From NCBI GenBank assembly GCA_025558095.1, contig JAIVFI010000001.1:124001-188000 (forward strand): 64,000 nucleotides of DNA, written 5' to 3'. The stretch is from Hyaloraphidium curvatum SAG 235-1 (taxonomy: Eukaryota; Fungi; Monoblepharomycota). A program made the translations under genes and the position numbers. The first letter of the stretch is position 1, and each line of letters starts with the position of its first letter. Below, piece after piece: positions 1-13,800 of the stretch. The notes under the pieces are model-generated. The model made no database searches, was not told the DNA's origin, and saw only the letters and a program-made list of their open reading frames with translations.

Positions 1-3000
1 CTTGGCCAGCTCCGCGGCGTTGGGCGCCCCCTCGGGCGGCACGGGACGCCAGCACGAGAGCAGCACCCTGTCGGGCTCGGACCCGACGTAGATGTCCTTC
101 CCCTCCCGGTCCACCCGGATGAAGGCCGACTTGCGCGTCCCGGAACGCAGGCCGAAGGTGATGCCGGGGCAGCCGGCGCCGAGCGCCGGCCGGGCAAGGC
201 CCGGCGTAGGGAGCCAGCACGCATCCGACTTGCGCTTGGGCTTGTCGGTCACCACGAGCTCGCTCGGGTCGTCCGGGCTCAGGGAGAGGTAATAGCCCGG
301 CTTCTCGACCGACTCGAGGGTGAAGTGGTAGTTGGCCCCACAGATTGGCTTGAGCACCCTGAAGGCGGCCGACTTGTCCTTCTGCTGCTCGGGGATGTTC
401 CCGCGCGCCAGCACGACCGTCCCGTCCTTGTCCGTGGTCAGGTAGGCCTTCTGCGGCATCCCCGTCGAGTGGAACGTGACCAGGTCGTCCAGGTTGATAG
501 ACTCGGCGTTGATCTGCGGCTGGAAGCTCTGCACCTTGAGGTCCGCGCGCTTGCCGTCCTCGGGCACGCACGCCGTCACCCGGACCTTGCCCTTTTTGGT
601 CGCCGTCATGCACTTGCCGTCGCTGGCCGTCGAGGCCATCACGACGTCCTCGAACGTGACGGGCGAGTCGAAGTCCGTGGCCACGGCGACGCCGGCGCTC
701 TGGCACGACAGCTGACCGGTGCGGTTGTTGTACGTCCAGATGCCGTTCTGCACGTCCGCCAGGCAGGGCGAAAGGACAATGGAGGATTTGGCGTTGACCG
801 ACAGGCACAGGTTGCCGTTCACCCGGAACGACTGGCCCTTTGGTTCGTTCCAAGACTAGATCGCGGGCGTGAGACGAGGCGTCGCAAAGCCGATCAGACG
901 TCAGCAACCCACCATGAACATCGTCGCGCTGACCTTCTTCCGCAGCCGGCAAGGCGGTCCCTCGCGCGAAAACGCGCCGACGGTCGTCTCGCAGCTTAGG
1001 TACAGATCGTTCCCGAACTTGATGCGGAAGTCGTTGTCCTCGCCCTCGGGCATGCCGGGCGGCGCGCCGGGGTCGTAGCCGGGGAACAGCGCGGGCATGA
1101 CGGGGAGCTCCGAGGCGGAGATGTGCTGGCCTACACTGGCACCGGGATCGAGGGGATCGTCCTCCGCGGGCTTCTTGCGCGGCTTGCTTCTCGCCGGCTC
1201 CGAGTCCTCGTCGTCGGCGGCATCGTCGTCGCCGGCATCCCGCTTGCCCAGCTTGCGCTTCAGCAGGCGCTTCCGCCGGCGCTGCTCGAGGTGCAGCTCG
1301 ATGCCCTCCTCGGGCGTCATGTGCCGCGAGTCGTAGAGGATGGTGTCGTAGGCGTCCAGGAGGTCCCGCTTCTTGAAGCGGAAGTGTCCCGTGGGGAAGA
1401 ACTCGAGGTCCTCGAACTCGCGCTCGGCAAGGCGCATGAGCTTGGCGTGGTTGACGGCGCGCTGCTCGACGTTCGCCTTGAAGAAGTCAATGGCGGACTG
1501 GAGGAGGTCTGGAATGGAACGGTGTCAAGCGAGTCCATGCGCCTCCCGAACTAACCCACCATTGAAGTTGATGGTGAAGTCGATGTTGATCGAGGCGCCA
1601 AAGATCACGCCCTGGAACACGAGCCTGACCGACCCGCCCAGGAACCCGGATTTGAAGTCAGCGTCGAGCGACGCGCCGACCCCGACCTTGTCGATCCGGA
1701 TCATGTTGCGCAGTGCGTCGCCAATCATCTGGAAAAGTTTGCCGGCCGCGCGGACGACCGTTGAAAGGCCGTTGAGCACTGATGCACCGTGCAGCGTGAG
1801 ATTCAAATCGAAGTCCGCGAACTGCTCCCGCGCACCTCCTTCGGCCGCCTTCATGGCGCCGACCGCAATATCGAGAGCGCCTTGCGCAACCGTGCAGGCC
1901 GTCTGGCAGGCGCCGTTGATGATCTTGCCCGAGACGTAGTTCCAGCCCGTGCACACCCCCTGCTTGATCTTGTCGAAAGCCGAGATGACGACGGCCTTGA
2001 CCGGCTGGACGATTTTGTCGTCGACCCAATTCACCACCTTTTGGAAGGCCTTTTTCAGCACCCCCAGCCGCCTGACCAGCTCGTGGACGGGGGCATTCCC
2101 GACGACCGCGGTCTCGTAAAATGCATCCTCCCAGCTTTCGGATCTGGCCAACAGGCGGCGACGGCCGCACTTGACGTTGTCCGCGGCCTACGTGAACGGC
2201 CGTGAGACAAGACATAGGAACCCGGGCCGGCCTCTCCCACCTCGGCACACTTGACGGTGAAGTCGCAGGCATCCTTCTTCTTTGCTTCCACGTCCCGTCG
2301 CTTGGCCGCAACGTCGCCTTCCGCGTTGTTGAGCGTCTTTGCGCCTTCCTCGCACCAGGCAGAGAGCTGCTGGAAGACCTTGTCGACAAACTGGTTGAAC
2401 GACTGCATATTAAACTCGACATAGACCGAAAAGGCTGCAGCGTTGGCCAGTGGGTGCTTAGGCGAGCTAAAGAAGGCGGGCGCCCAGTCGGACCCACCAA
2501 GCCGCGCTCCGATGCTTGCGGTGAACTTGAAGTTCGCATCGAATAGGAAGTACTTGTTGTTAAACTCTGCGAGACGATTTGGTCAAGAGACCGGCCCGTC
2601 TGACGATGAGCGCGACGCACCGATGTTCCAATTCGTCGGGGTGATGGAAATCTGGGCGTTGATCTCGAAGAGGAGGACCTTGACGTAGCAGTGGAGCTCG
2701 ATCCTCATGTCCGTGATCTGGGCGTACTGCAGATTGACGAGGAAGTAGGGGCCGCGCGACTGGTCGGTCTTGCTGTAGAAAGCCTGGATCAGGCCTCCAG
2801 CGAGATTCAAGGGGCTGAGTTCGGCCTCGATCTTGAAGCCCTCGCCGGGGTTGACCTGGATCTCGCACTTGGCGGTGACGTCAAAGAGATTGAGGGTTCC
2901 TTTCAGGTCTGAAACAAGCAATGAGCTGCTAATGCTCGCAACGCGGGGGAACGGCGAGTGACCCACAGAATCGCATGGGGAACTCCTTGTTGGGCGCGAC

Positions 3001-6000
3001 ACATCCTCCCATGGGGCAGAACGAAATGGAAGTCTTGCCGGGAAAGCCAGAGTTGAGAATCGGGGCGGGGATCTTGTTCGGATCGGGCATCGTGTCGGTG
3101 AAGGCGGCAATGATGTGCTTGACGTCCAAGTTGTTGATCTCGCCGGCGAACCTGGCACGCAAACAAGGTCAACAGTGGCAGTCACGGTAAGGCAGCGAGC
3201 TACCGACCAGTTTCCCTGCGGGTTAGCTGGGTTCACAGAGACGTAAACTGCGCCGCCAATGCAGAGCGAGTTCAAGTCGAACTGTCCGGCCGGCGTGTAG
3301 CAGTTCTTGCCGATGCCAATCTCGCCCCCGATCAGGATCGAAGGCGCCCCGAGCGCGGCCGTGATGCCAATCTCGACAACGATATTGCCAACATTGAGCC
3401 GGTCCCAACCAAAAGCACGCTGCCAGATGCCTTTCATCGAGGCGCCGAGCTGGACGCTGGCGCCCTTGATGCCGATGTGGGCCTCGAGGAGCAGAGGCGG
3501 CTGCGACTTGTCGACGGCGATCTGCAAAGACCCGAACAGCATGATGGCCATCGACGGGAACGAGGCCGAGAACCCGACGGCTTTGAGCAACAGGCCGTTG
3601 GTGATCTGGATGTCCGAGACCGCGGCCGAAAAGGAGATGTCCGGCGGGTTAATGACCGCGTTGATCTGCAGGCCGGCGTTGGCCCCGAGAAGCTTCTTTA
3701 AGACGTCGCAGAAGCTGGATCCGGCGCAGTCGGGCGGCAGGCCCATGCGGACGTTCATGGTCAGGCCCCGCTTGAGCTCGGGGAGGTAGTCGAGGGGCGG
3801 GTCAAGGGCCATCGGTGTCCCGAGCAGGTTGACGTTGTTGGACGAAACGAGCAAGCCCATCTGTGCGTGACGGCAGTTGAGGATCTACGCGACATGTCAC
3901 AGCCCTTCAGAACACTCACCGACACCCCGGAAGCAACGAGGTTCACCCCGCCGGGCATCTTGAAGCTGGGCATCATCCTGGAAAGCAATGTCGTGAAGGC
4001 GTCGCCTCGGATGGCAAGCGCCAGAGAGCCTCCGAAAGCTCCGCCGTTCTGCTTGCCGGCGATGATCTGGAGCTTGGCGCCCGGCATGAACGAAGCCTCG
4101 CCTCCGACCCGGATGATGGCGTCGCCGCCGCCGAGTACGACCACGAGAGAAAAGTCGTTGATCTTGAAGTTCTTCAAGCCAGTGCTCTCGATGAGCGGGG
4201 CGACCGGTCCTGGGGGCGCCGTTCAGCCACTGTCCATTGAAACACCATCCAGATCGATACTCACCAGCAGGGAAGATCTCCGCAGCAAGGCCGGCAAGAA
4301 GCTTGCCCAGCTCCAGCGTCTCGGCGCGGGCGGTGATGATCCACTTGCCGGCCGAGCCAGGCGGCGCGCGGATGGCCTTCGCAGATGCCAGACTTCCCGG
4401 CGCCGCTGCCGAGCTGGGACGGGGTGTTGCCGGAGCCACAGCTTTCGCAGCACCCTTCTTCCGAAGGGCCTTAAACATCGAGGACCAATCACGCTCCGCC
4501 AGCCGCGGCGGGGAACGTTCCGCCAAGTACGCACTCTCGTTGAGGCCTCGCTTCCGAAGATGGCGCTGGTACATATGATGGTTGAGCTGCGCAAGCGGGA
4601 GGCCGTAGAAGGAGAAAGGATGGTCGTCCGAGATGGACGGGTAAGAGACCCAGGTCGACATGTCAGGCTCGTGGGAAGGCAAGTCGATCAAGGATTCGTC
4701 CTCGTCCGGGCCCACGGACGGTCCGAAACCTTCCCAGTCCCGCGGGACAAGGTGCAAAGTACGCCGCCCGTAGTCGTCGAAGGAAATCATATCCGAGCCT
4801 CCCGTCGGCGAGCGTACGATCGTCGTGGTCAGCGGGGCGCCGCCAACCGTCCACTGGCCCTCGAGCTTAAGGTCCAGCCGTCGTTGAGCACTGAACGGGT
4901 TCGCAATCGCGACCATGATCGTCGCGCTGTCCAGCTTCAGGGGTACGACGTCGCTTTTGATCAACTTGTCGGCGTCAGGAATCAGAGCACGCAGGGTAAG
5001 CCGTGTCGTGCACCCCGAGCCTCCGGGCATGCAGAAGGTGAAGACGATGTCCTTGATCTGAATGGTGAGCAGCGCGGCCAGGCCCGACGAGAGCACGGGA
5101 ATCGGGGGTAGGGAGTCGACGACCGAGTCCAGCTTGACGGCGGACAGCATCGATCGCACGGTGATGGGTTCCGACGCAGCCGATAGCTTCAGCGGTATGA
5201 CGTCCGTCGCTCCAATCAGCGGAAGGGCGAAGGATATCCCCTTTTTGAACAGCGGCAGCTGCGCGGCGCCCCCGAGCTCGAACGACGCCAAGCCCCCGGT
5301 GTAGGCGGCGGTGGCCGTGATGTTGACGAGCCCGAAATCGTCCGCGAGCTTGAGGTCCTTGACGCTCATGACCACGCGCGCGCTCTCCACCGTCGTCGCG
5401 TCCGCCATGTCGAACGACACCGAGCTCAGCTTGGCGATGTCCGGAAGGTATCCAAACACGTCGGGCAGGATGAAGGCCGTGTCCCCAAGCACGATCTTGA
5501 CCAACGGCCCGGCCACCTTGAACGACAGGTCCATCCCCGGCACGCGGAGTGCGAACCGGCGGGCGCTCGTTGCCGAGCACGAGAGCTGGATCTCGCCGCG
5601 CTCGACCGGCGCCATCGCGGCCCGGACCTTCTCCGGCGCCGCGGCCTCGGGCGCGATCTTGCCCGGCTGGTCGACGATGGTCTGCCCGCTGGAGCTGGGA
5701 ACGGAGAGGTCGCGCGAAGCCGTGCCCTTGCAGACCGCCAGGCCCTCGGGGTTGGGATTCGTGGGGAAGGCGCAGGCCGTGCCCTGGCATTTGCCCTTGA
5801 CGAGGCCGACCGGGCAGCAGAAGCCGCCCCGCTCGTCGCCGAACGGGACGGAGCCCGACGGGCAGCTGAACCGGCTCCCGCCCTTGCAGAGCTCTGAATC
5901 CTCGGCGTCGGGGTTCTGTGTGTGCGCGAGGTTCAGCCCAGTCGTCGTGTATGAAAGCCCAACGGTCGCCACGTACCCTCGGGAACGCGCACGAATCGCC

Positions 6001-7449
6001 GCTGCACTTGCCGTTGCTGACCTTGCCGTTGCAGCAGAAGGCACTTTCGGCGGTGCCGACTTTGGAACAGGTCAGCTTCGACAACTCCAAAGACGTGAAC
6101 GAGAACCCACATGGCGTCGTCCCGCTCGGGCAGATGAAGTTGAGCATCTTGCGCGGGTCCACGGGCCCGAAGCTGCCGTCGTTGGCCGGCAGCTTTGCCG
6201 GCGCCGGTGCGTTGCTCCGGAAGGCATCGGTCAGCGACGGCGGCGGAGCGGTCTCGGCGCCGCAGGTGGGGACGTTGGCCCCGAGTCCCCTGCGCGTGTT
6301 CTGGTGGATGGGTCAGCGACGTAGTTCGGAGACAAGGCCGGAATCCGCCCACCCCGGATATCGCACACATTTCCCCCGCGCACGCCATGCCCCCGGGCAC
6401 GACCGTCCCCTTGCAGCAGTACCCGCCGAGCACGTCGCCAAACGCCTTCTGGCCGATTGGGCACTGGATCTCCGAGCCGCCCGTGCAGTACTGGAACGTG
6501 GCGCCCGGCCTGCGCGGCGTCTTGGGGAAGGCGCAGTGGGCCCCCGGGCAGCTGGCTCCATCCAGGGGCACCGAGCAGCAGAAGCCGCCCGACTCGGCGG
6601 CGCCGTAGGCAAAGGTGTTGGGCGGGCACTGGTACGTCCGCGGGCCCTGCATCCATTCCTGCATCTGGCGCGTAAAGTCCACCTCGGGTGAGAGCTGCGG
6701 GGGCGTCGAAGGCGGGACAAAGCCGGCGAGGTTGAGCTTGGGGGCGACGAAGCCGCTGAGCTTCTTGAAGAATGAGGCGCCCATGCGCCTGCTCAGCGCG
6801 TGCCGGTTGGCGGCGCCGTCGCGCATGACGAGCCGGCGCCGCCCTGCTCCGCGCTTGCCCGTGCGCCGCAGGCGCAAGCGCGCTCTCCGCTCCTCCGAAT
6901 CCTCCTGGGCCTCGGCTTCTTCCCCGGGTTCGGCATTCGCTTCCGGTTGGGCCTTCTCCGCTTCGGCCCCGCCTTCCGAGTCGCTAGCGGCGCCGTCGTC
7001 GTCCCCGCCACCCACGTCACCCTCCTCGGCATCGGGACCGAACCCGATGATGATGCGCTTCCCCGCGAGCGGCAGGTCCTTGATCGGACCCGTCACGCAG
7101 CCCAGCGCCGACACAAGCTTGGGCGGCAGCGAGCTGCCCACCGAGATGCTGGAAAGGTTCCTGACCACCAGCACGGCCGGGTTGGCTTCGGCGTCGTCCC
7201 CGCGCACGCTCGCGCACGCGTTGGCGATGGCGCCCTTGTCCTCGCCGGTGAGGCCCTTGATGGAGTCCTGGGCCGAGGAGCAGAGGGCGACGGCGATGCC
7301 GTCCGAGAGGCCTTGGTGCCCAACTTTTGCACATTATCACCCATTTTGTTTTCGGCTGCACCGGCCACATACGCGGCAAGTATACCCACGAGCGCGAGGA
7401 GCAGTGCCGCCGGAAGGCCCCGCCGCCCCGTCGGCCGCCCACGCGACAT
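1..7449 (-). CDS. Giant secreted multidomain protein, paralog A (multi-exon; 3' end runs off the window; acidic N-terminal region deleted)
   Basis: ATG at 7449 gives MSRGRPTGRRGLPAALLLALVGILAAYVA (signal-peptide-like). Exons are collinear with paralogs B, C and D, with introns at the same positions. The window starts inside the last exon (PNAAELAK). The reading frame joins only if a short intron such as 7312-7361 is spliced. Confidence 0.8.
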
Positions 7450-7852
7450 TGCGGCCTTCCTAACAAATTGAAGCTCGGGCCGCGGCCATGGCGGCCGCGG
7501 AAGGTGTGGACGGGCGGGGGCCACGCCACGGGAAATCCCACCCTGGACCCGTCGAAACCCCACGAGCCAGGTGGCCCGGATCTGTTTCACCGCCATCGAG
7601 CGCGAAAGTCTTGTCGATCCAACCAATAGGAACGCGGAAAATCATCGCATGAGGTTCATGAACACGAGATGTCGACTGTGAGCGCGGGTGGAGCTTTGCA
7701 TCTTGGCCGCTTCACACGCTCATCCACCGCTTTCAACAGGGACGAATCCACATGAGAGAAGCCGACACACTTTCTTTCCAACTCTCTTCCGCGGATCCAC
7801 CATGCAACAGCTAACGTCCACGAACAACCATTCCCGAGCATTCCGATGCCCA

Positions 7853-10800
7853 TCACTCCTCCGGCCCACCGCCCGACTCGACGCCGCTCCAAAACTCCCC
7901 GGCGGCACCGTCGTCGTTGTCGCCCTCATCCGCACCCCCAGCAATGTCCAGGTCCCGCGACAACGCCACTTGTTCCTCCTCCTCCTCGACGATCGGGCTG
8001 GCCAGCTCCGCGGCGTTGGGCGCCCCTTCGGGCGGCACGGGACGCCAGCACGAGAGCAGCACCCTGTCGGGCTCGGACCCGACGTAGATGTCCGTGCCCT
8101 CCTGGCTCACCCGGATGAAGGCGGACTTGCGCGTGCCCGACCGCAGGCCGAAGGTGATCCCCGGGCAGCCGGCGCCGAGCGCGGGCCGGGCAAGGCCCGG
8201 CGTGGGGAGCCAGCAAGCGTCCGACTTGCGCTTGGGCTTGTCCGTAATCACGAGCTCGCTTGGGTCGTCGGGGCTCAGGGAAAGGTAGTAGCCCGGCTTC
8301 TCGACCGACTCGAGGGTGAAGTGGTAGTTGGCCCCACAGATTGGCTTGAGCACCCTGAAGGCGGCCGACTTGTCCTTCTGCTGCTCGGGGATGTCGCCGC
8401 GCGCCAGCACCACCGTCCCGTCCTTGTCCGTGGTCAGGTAGGCCTTCTGCGGCATCCCCGTCGAGTGGAACGTGACCAGGTCGTCCAGGTTGATAGACTC
8501 GGCGTTGATCCGCGGCTGGAAGCTCTGCACCTTGAGGTCCGCGCGCTTGCCGTCCTCGGGCACGCACGCCGTCACCCGGACCTTGCCCTTTTTGGTCGCC
8601 GTCATGCACTTGCCGTCGCTGGCAGTGGAAGCCATCACTACGTCCTCAAGGGTGACCGGCGAGTCAAAGTCCGTGGCCACGGCGACGCCGGCGCTCTGGC
8701 ACGAGAGCTGGCCGGTCCGGTTGTTGTACGTCCAGATGCCGTTCTGCACGTCCGCCAGGCAGGGCGAAAGGACGATGGAGGATTTCGCGTTGACCGACAG
8801 GCACAGGTTGCCGTTGACGCGGAACGACTGGCCCTTGGGCTCGTTCCAGGACTAGATCGCAGGGAGTGAGCGAGGCGCCTCAAAGCCGATCCGGCGGCAA
8901 CCACCCACCATGAACATCGTCGCGCTGACCTTCTTCCGCAGCCGGCAAGGCGGTCCCTCGCGCGAAAACGCGCCGACGGTCGTCTCGCAGCTAAGGTAGA
9001 GGTCGTTGCCGAACTTGATCCGGAAGTCGTTGTCCTCGCCCTCGGGCATGCCGGGCGGCGCGCCGGGATCGTAACCGGGGAAGAGGGCGGGCATGACGGG
9101 GAGCTCCGAGGCGGAGATGTGCTGGCCGGCATTGGCCCCGGGGTCGAGGGGATCGTCCTGCGCGGGCTTCTTGCGCGGCTTGCTTCTCGCCGGCTCCGAG
9201 TCCTCGTCGTCGGCGGCATCGTCGTCGCCGGCATCCCGCTTGCCCAGCTTGCGCTTCAGCAGGCGCTTCCGCCGGCGCTGCTCGAGGTGCAGCTCGATGC
9301 CCTCCTCGGGCGTCATGTACCGCGAGTCGTAGAGGATGGTGTCGTACGTGTCGAGGAGGTCCCGCTTCTTGAAGCGGAAGTGTCCCGTGGGGAAGAACTC
9401 GAGGTCCTCGAACTCGCGCTCGGCGAGGCGCATGAGCTTGGCGTGGTTGACGGCGCGCTGCTGCACGTGGGCCTTGAAGAAGTCGATGGCGGACTGGAGG
9501 AGGTCTGGAATGGAACGGTGTCAAGCGAGTTCGACGCGCCTCGCAAATCAACCCACTGTTGAAGTTTATGGTGAAGTCGACGTTGATCGAGGCGCCGAAG
9601 AGCACGCCCTGGAACACCAGCCTCACCGACCCGCCCAGGAAACCGGACTTGAAATTGGCGTCGAGCGAGGCCCCGACACCGACCTTGTCTATCCGGATGA
9701 GGGAACGGAGCGCGTTGCCGATCATCTGGAAGAGCTTGCCGGCGGCGCGAACGACCGTCGAAAGGCCATTAAGCACTGCTCGGCGGAACGGCGTTAGGAT
9801 CAGATCATGTGCACGAGAGCCCACTACAGCGCACCTCCTTCGGCTGCCTTCATGGCGCCGACTGCAATATCGAGGGCACCCTGAGCGACCGTGCAGGCCG
9901 CCTGGCAGGCGCCGTTGATGATCTTGCCCGAGACGTAGTTCCAGCCCTTGCAGACGCCCTGCTTGATCTTGTCGAAGGCCGAGACGACGGCGGTCTTGAC
10001 CGGCTGGACGATGTTCTTGTTGATCCAGTCCCCCGCCTTTTGGAAGGCCTTTTTCAGCTTCCCCAGCCGCCTGACCAGCTCGTGGACTGGGGCGTTTCCG
10101 ACCACTGCGGTCTCGTAAAATGCATCCTCCCAGCTTTCGGATCGAGCCAACAGGCGGCGCCGGCCGCACTTGACCTTGTCCGCGGCCTGCGTGAACGGCC
10201 GTAAGACATTATGCATAGACACGCGCGGGCGTCTCCTACCTCAGCACACTTGACGGTGAAGTCGCAGGCATCCTTCTTCTTTGCTTCCACGTCCCGTCGC
10301 TTGGCCGCAACGTCGCCTTCCGCGTTGTTGAGCGTCTTTGCGCCTTCCTCGCACCAGGCAGAGAGCTGCTGGAAGACCTTGTCGACAAACTGGTTGAACG
10401 ACTGCATATTGAACTCGACATAGACCGAAAAGGCTGCAGCGTTGGCCAGCGGGTGCTTAGGCGAGCTAAAGAGAACGAGCGACGAGTCGGACCCACCAAG
10501 CCGTGCTCCGATGCTCGCAGTGAACTTGAAGCTCGCGTCGAATATGAAGTACCTGTTGCTGAATTCTGCGCGAGATTTCGTCAAGAGACCGGCCCATCTA
10601 CCGCTGAGCGCGACGCACCGATGTTCCAACTCGTCGGGGTGATGGAAATCTGCGCGTTGATCTCGAAGATGAGGACCTTGACGAAGCAGTGGAGCTCGAT
10701 CCTCATGTCCGTGATCTGGGCGTACTGCAGATTGACGAGGAAGTAGGGGCCGCGCGACTGGTCGGTCTTGCTGTAGAAAGCCTGGATCAGGCCTCCAGCG

Positions 10801-13800
10801 AGATTCAAGGGGCTGAGTTCGGCCTCGATCTTGAAGCCCTCGCCGGGGTTGACCTGGATCTCGCACTTGGCGGTGACGTCAAAGAGATTGAGGGTTCCTT
10901 TCAGGTCTGAAACAAGCAATGAGCTGCTAATGCTCGCAACGCGGGGGAACGGCGAGTGACCCACAGAATCCCATGGGGAACTCCTTGTTGGGCGCGACAC
11001 ATCCTCCCATGGGGCAGAACGAAATGGAAGTCTTGCCGGGAAAGCCAGAGTTGAGAATCGGGGCGGGAATCTTCTTCGGATCGGGCATCGTGTCAGTGAA
11101 GGCGGCAATGATGTGCTTGACGTCCAAGTTGTTGATCTCGCCGGCGAACCTGGCACGCAAACAAGGTCAACAGTGGCAGTCACGGTAGGGCAGCGAGTTA
11201 CCAACCAGTTGCCCTGCGGGTTCGCGGGGTTCACCGAGACGTAAACTGCTCCGCCAATGCACAGCGAGTTCAAGTCGAACTGTCCCGCCGGTGTGTAGCA
11301 GTTCTTGCCGATGCCGATTTCGCCGCCGATCAGGATGGAAGGCGCCCCGAGCGTGGCCGTTATGCCGACTTCAACAACAATGTTGCCCACGTTGAGCCGG
11401 TCCCAACCAAAAGCGCGCTGCCAGATGCCCTTCATTGAGGCGCCCAGCTGGACGCTGGCGCCCTTGATGCCGATGTGGGCCTCGAGGAGCAGAGGCGGCT
11501 GCGACTTGTCGACGGCGATCTGCAAAGACCCGAACAGCATGATGGCCATCGACGGGAACGAGGCCGAGAACCCGACGGCTTTGAGCAACAGGCCGTTGGT
11601 GATCTGGATGTCCGAGACCGCGGCCGAAAAGGAGATGTCCGGCGGGTTAATGACCGCGTTGATCTGCAGGCCGGCGTTGGCCCCGAGAAGCTTCTTTAAG
11701 ACGTCGCAGAAGCTGGATCCGGCGCAGTCGGGCGGCAGGCCCATGCGGACGTTCATGGTCAGGCCCCGCTTGAGCTCGGGGAGGTAGTCGAGGGGCGGGT
11801 CAAGGGCCATCGGTGTCCCGAGCAGGTTGACGTTGTTGGACGAAACGAGCAAGCCCATCTGTGCGTGACGGCAGTTGAGGATCTACGCGACATGTCACAG
11901 CCCTTCAGAACACTCACCGACACCCCGGAAGCAACGAGGTTCACCCCGCCGGGCATCTTGAAGCTGGGCATCATCCTGGAAAGCAATGTCGTGAAGGCGT
12001 CGCCTCGGATGGCAAGCGCCAGAGAGCCTCCGAAAGCTCCGCCGTTCTGCTTGCCGGCGATGATCTGGAGCTTGGCGCCCGGCATGAACGAAGCCTCGCC
12101 TCCGACCCGGATGATGGCGTCGCCGCCGCCGAGTACGACCACGAGAGAAAAGTCGTTGATCTTGAAGTTCTTCAAGCCAGTGCTCTCGATGAGCGGGGCG
12201 ACCGGTCCTGGGGGCGCCGTTCAGCCACTGTCCATTGAAACACCATCCAGATCGATACTCACCAGCAGGGAAGATCTCCGCAGCAAGGCCGGCAAGAAGC
12301 TTGCCCAGCTCCAGCGTCTCGGCGCGGGCGGTGATGATCCACTTGCCTGCCGAACCAGGCGGGGCGCGGATGGGCCTAGTGCCGTTCCCAGCCGCCGTGG
12401 CCCCTCCTGGAGCGGCCGAGACGGCCGGAGATGCCGTCTTTGCCGGTGTGGGAGCCCGCACGGCACGTCGCACGATCCGAGGCGGCGAGCGCTCCGCAAG
12501 ATAGGCCGACTCGTTGAGGCCACGCTTCCGGAGGTGGCGCTGGTACATGTGGTGGTTGAGGTGGGCTAGCGGGAGGCCGTAGAAGGAGAAAGGGTGGTCG
12601 TCCGAGATGACAGGGTAAGAGACCCAGGTCGACATGTCCGGCTCGTGCGGAGGGAAGTCGAGGAAGGAGTCGTCCTCGTCAGCGGCATCATCCGGGTCCA
12701 CGGACGGTCCGAAGCCCTCCCAATCTCGCGGGACAAGGTGCATCGTACGCCGACCGTACTCGTCGAAGGAAATAAAGTCCGAGCCTCCCGTTGGTGAGCG
12801 TACGATCGTCGTAGTCAGCGGGGCGCCGCCGACGGTCCATTGGCCCTCCAGCTTGATGTCCAGCCGCCGTTGGGCATTGAACGGGTTCGCGATGGCGACC
12901 ATGATTGTCGCGCTGTCCAGCTTGAGGGGTATGACATCGCTCTTGAACAGCTTGTCGGCCTCGGGTATCAGCGCCCGCAGCGTCAGCCTCGTCACACACC
13001 CCGACCCGCCCGGCATGCAGAAAGTGAATATGATGTCCTTGATCTGCACGGCGAGCAGCGCGGCGAGGCCCGAAGAAAGCACGGGGATCGGGGGCAGGGC
13101 GTTCACCACCGTGTCCAGCTTGACGGCGGCGAGCATCGACCGCACGGTAATGGGCTCCGAGGCAGCCGATAGCTTTAGCGGAATCACATCCGTCGTTCCA
13201 ATCAGGGGCAGGGCAAACGAGATGCCTTTCTTGAACAGCGGGAGCAGCGCGGCGCCCCCGAGCTCGAAGGACGCCGAACCGCCGGTGTAGGCGGCGGTCG
13301 CGGTGATGTTGACCAGCCCGAACTGGTCCGCGAGCTTGAGGTCCTTGACGCTCATGACCACGCGCGCGCTCTCCACCGTCGTCGCGTCCGCCATGTCGAA
13401 CGACACCGAGCTCAGCTTGGCGATGTCCGGAAGGTATCCAAACACGTCGGGCAGGATGAAGGCCGTGTCCCCAAGCACGATCTTGACCAACGGCCCGGCC
13501 ACCTTGAACGACAGGTCCATCCCCGGCACGCGGAGTGCGAACCGGCGGGCGCTCGTTGCCGAGCACGAGAGCTGGATCTCGCCGCGCTCGACCGGCGCCA
13601 TCGCGGCCCGGACCTTCTCCGGCGCCGCGGCCTCGGGCGCGATCTTGCCCGGCTGGTCGACGATGGTCTGCCCGCTGGAGCTGGGAACGGAGAGGTCGCG
13701 CGAAGCCGTGCCCTTGCAGACCGCCAGGCCCTCGGGGTTGGGATTCGTGGGGAAGGCGCAGGCCGTGCCCTGGCATTTGCCCTTGACGAGGCCGACCGGG

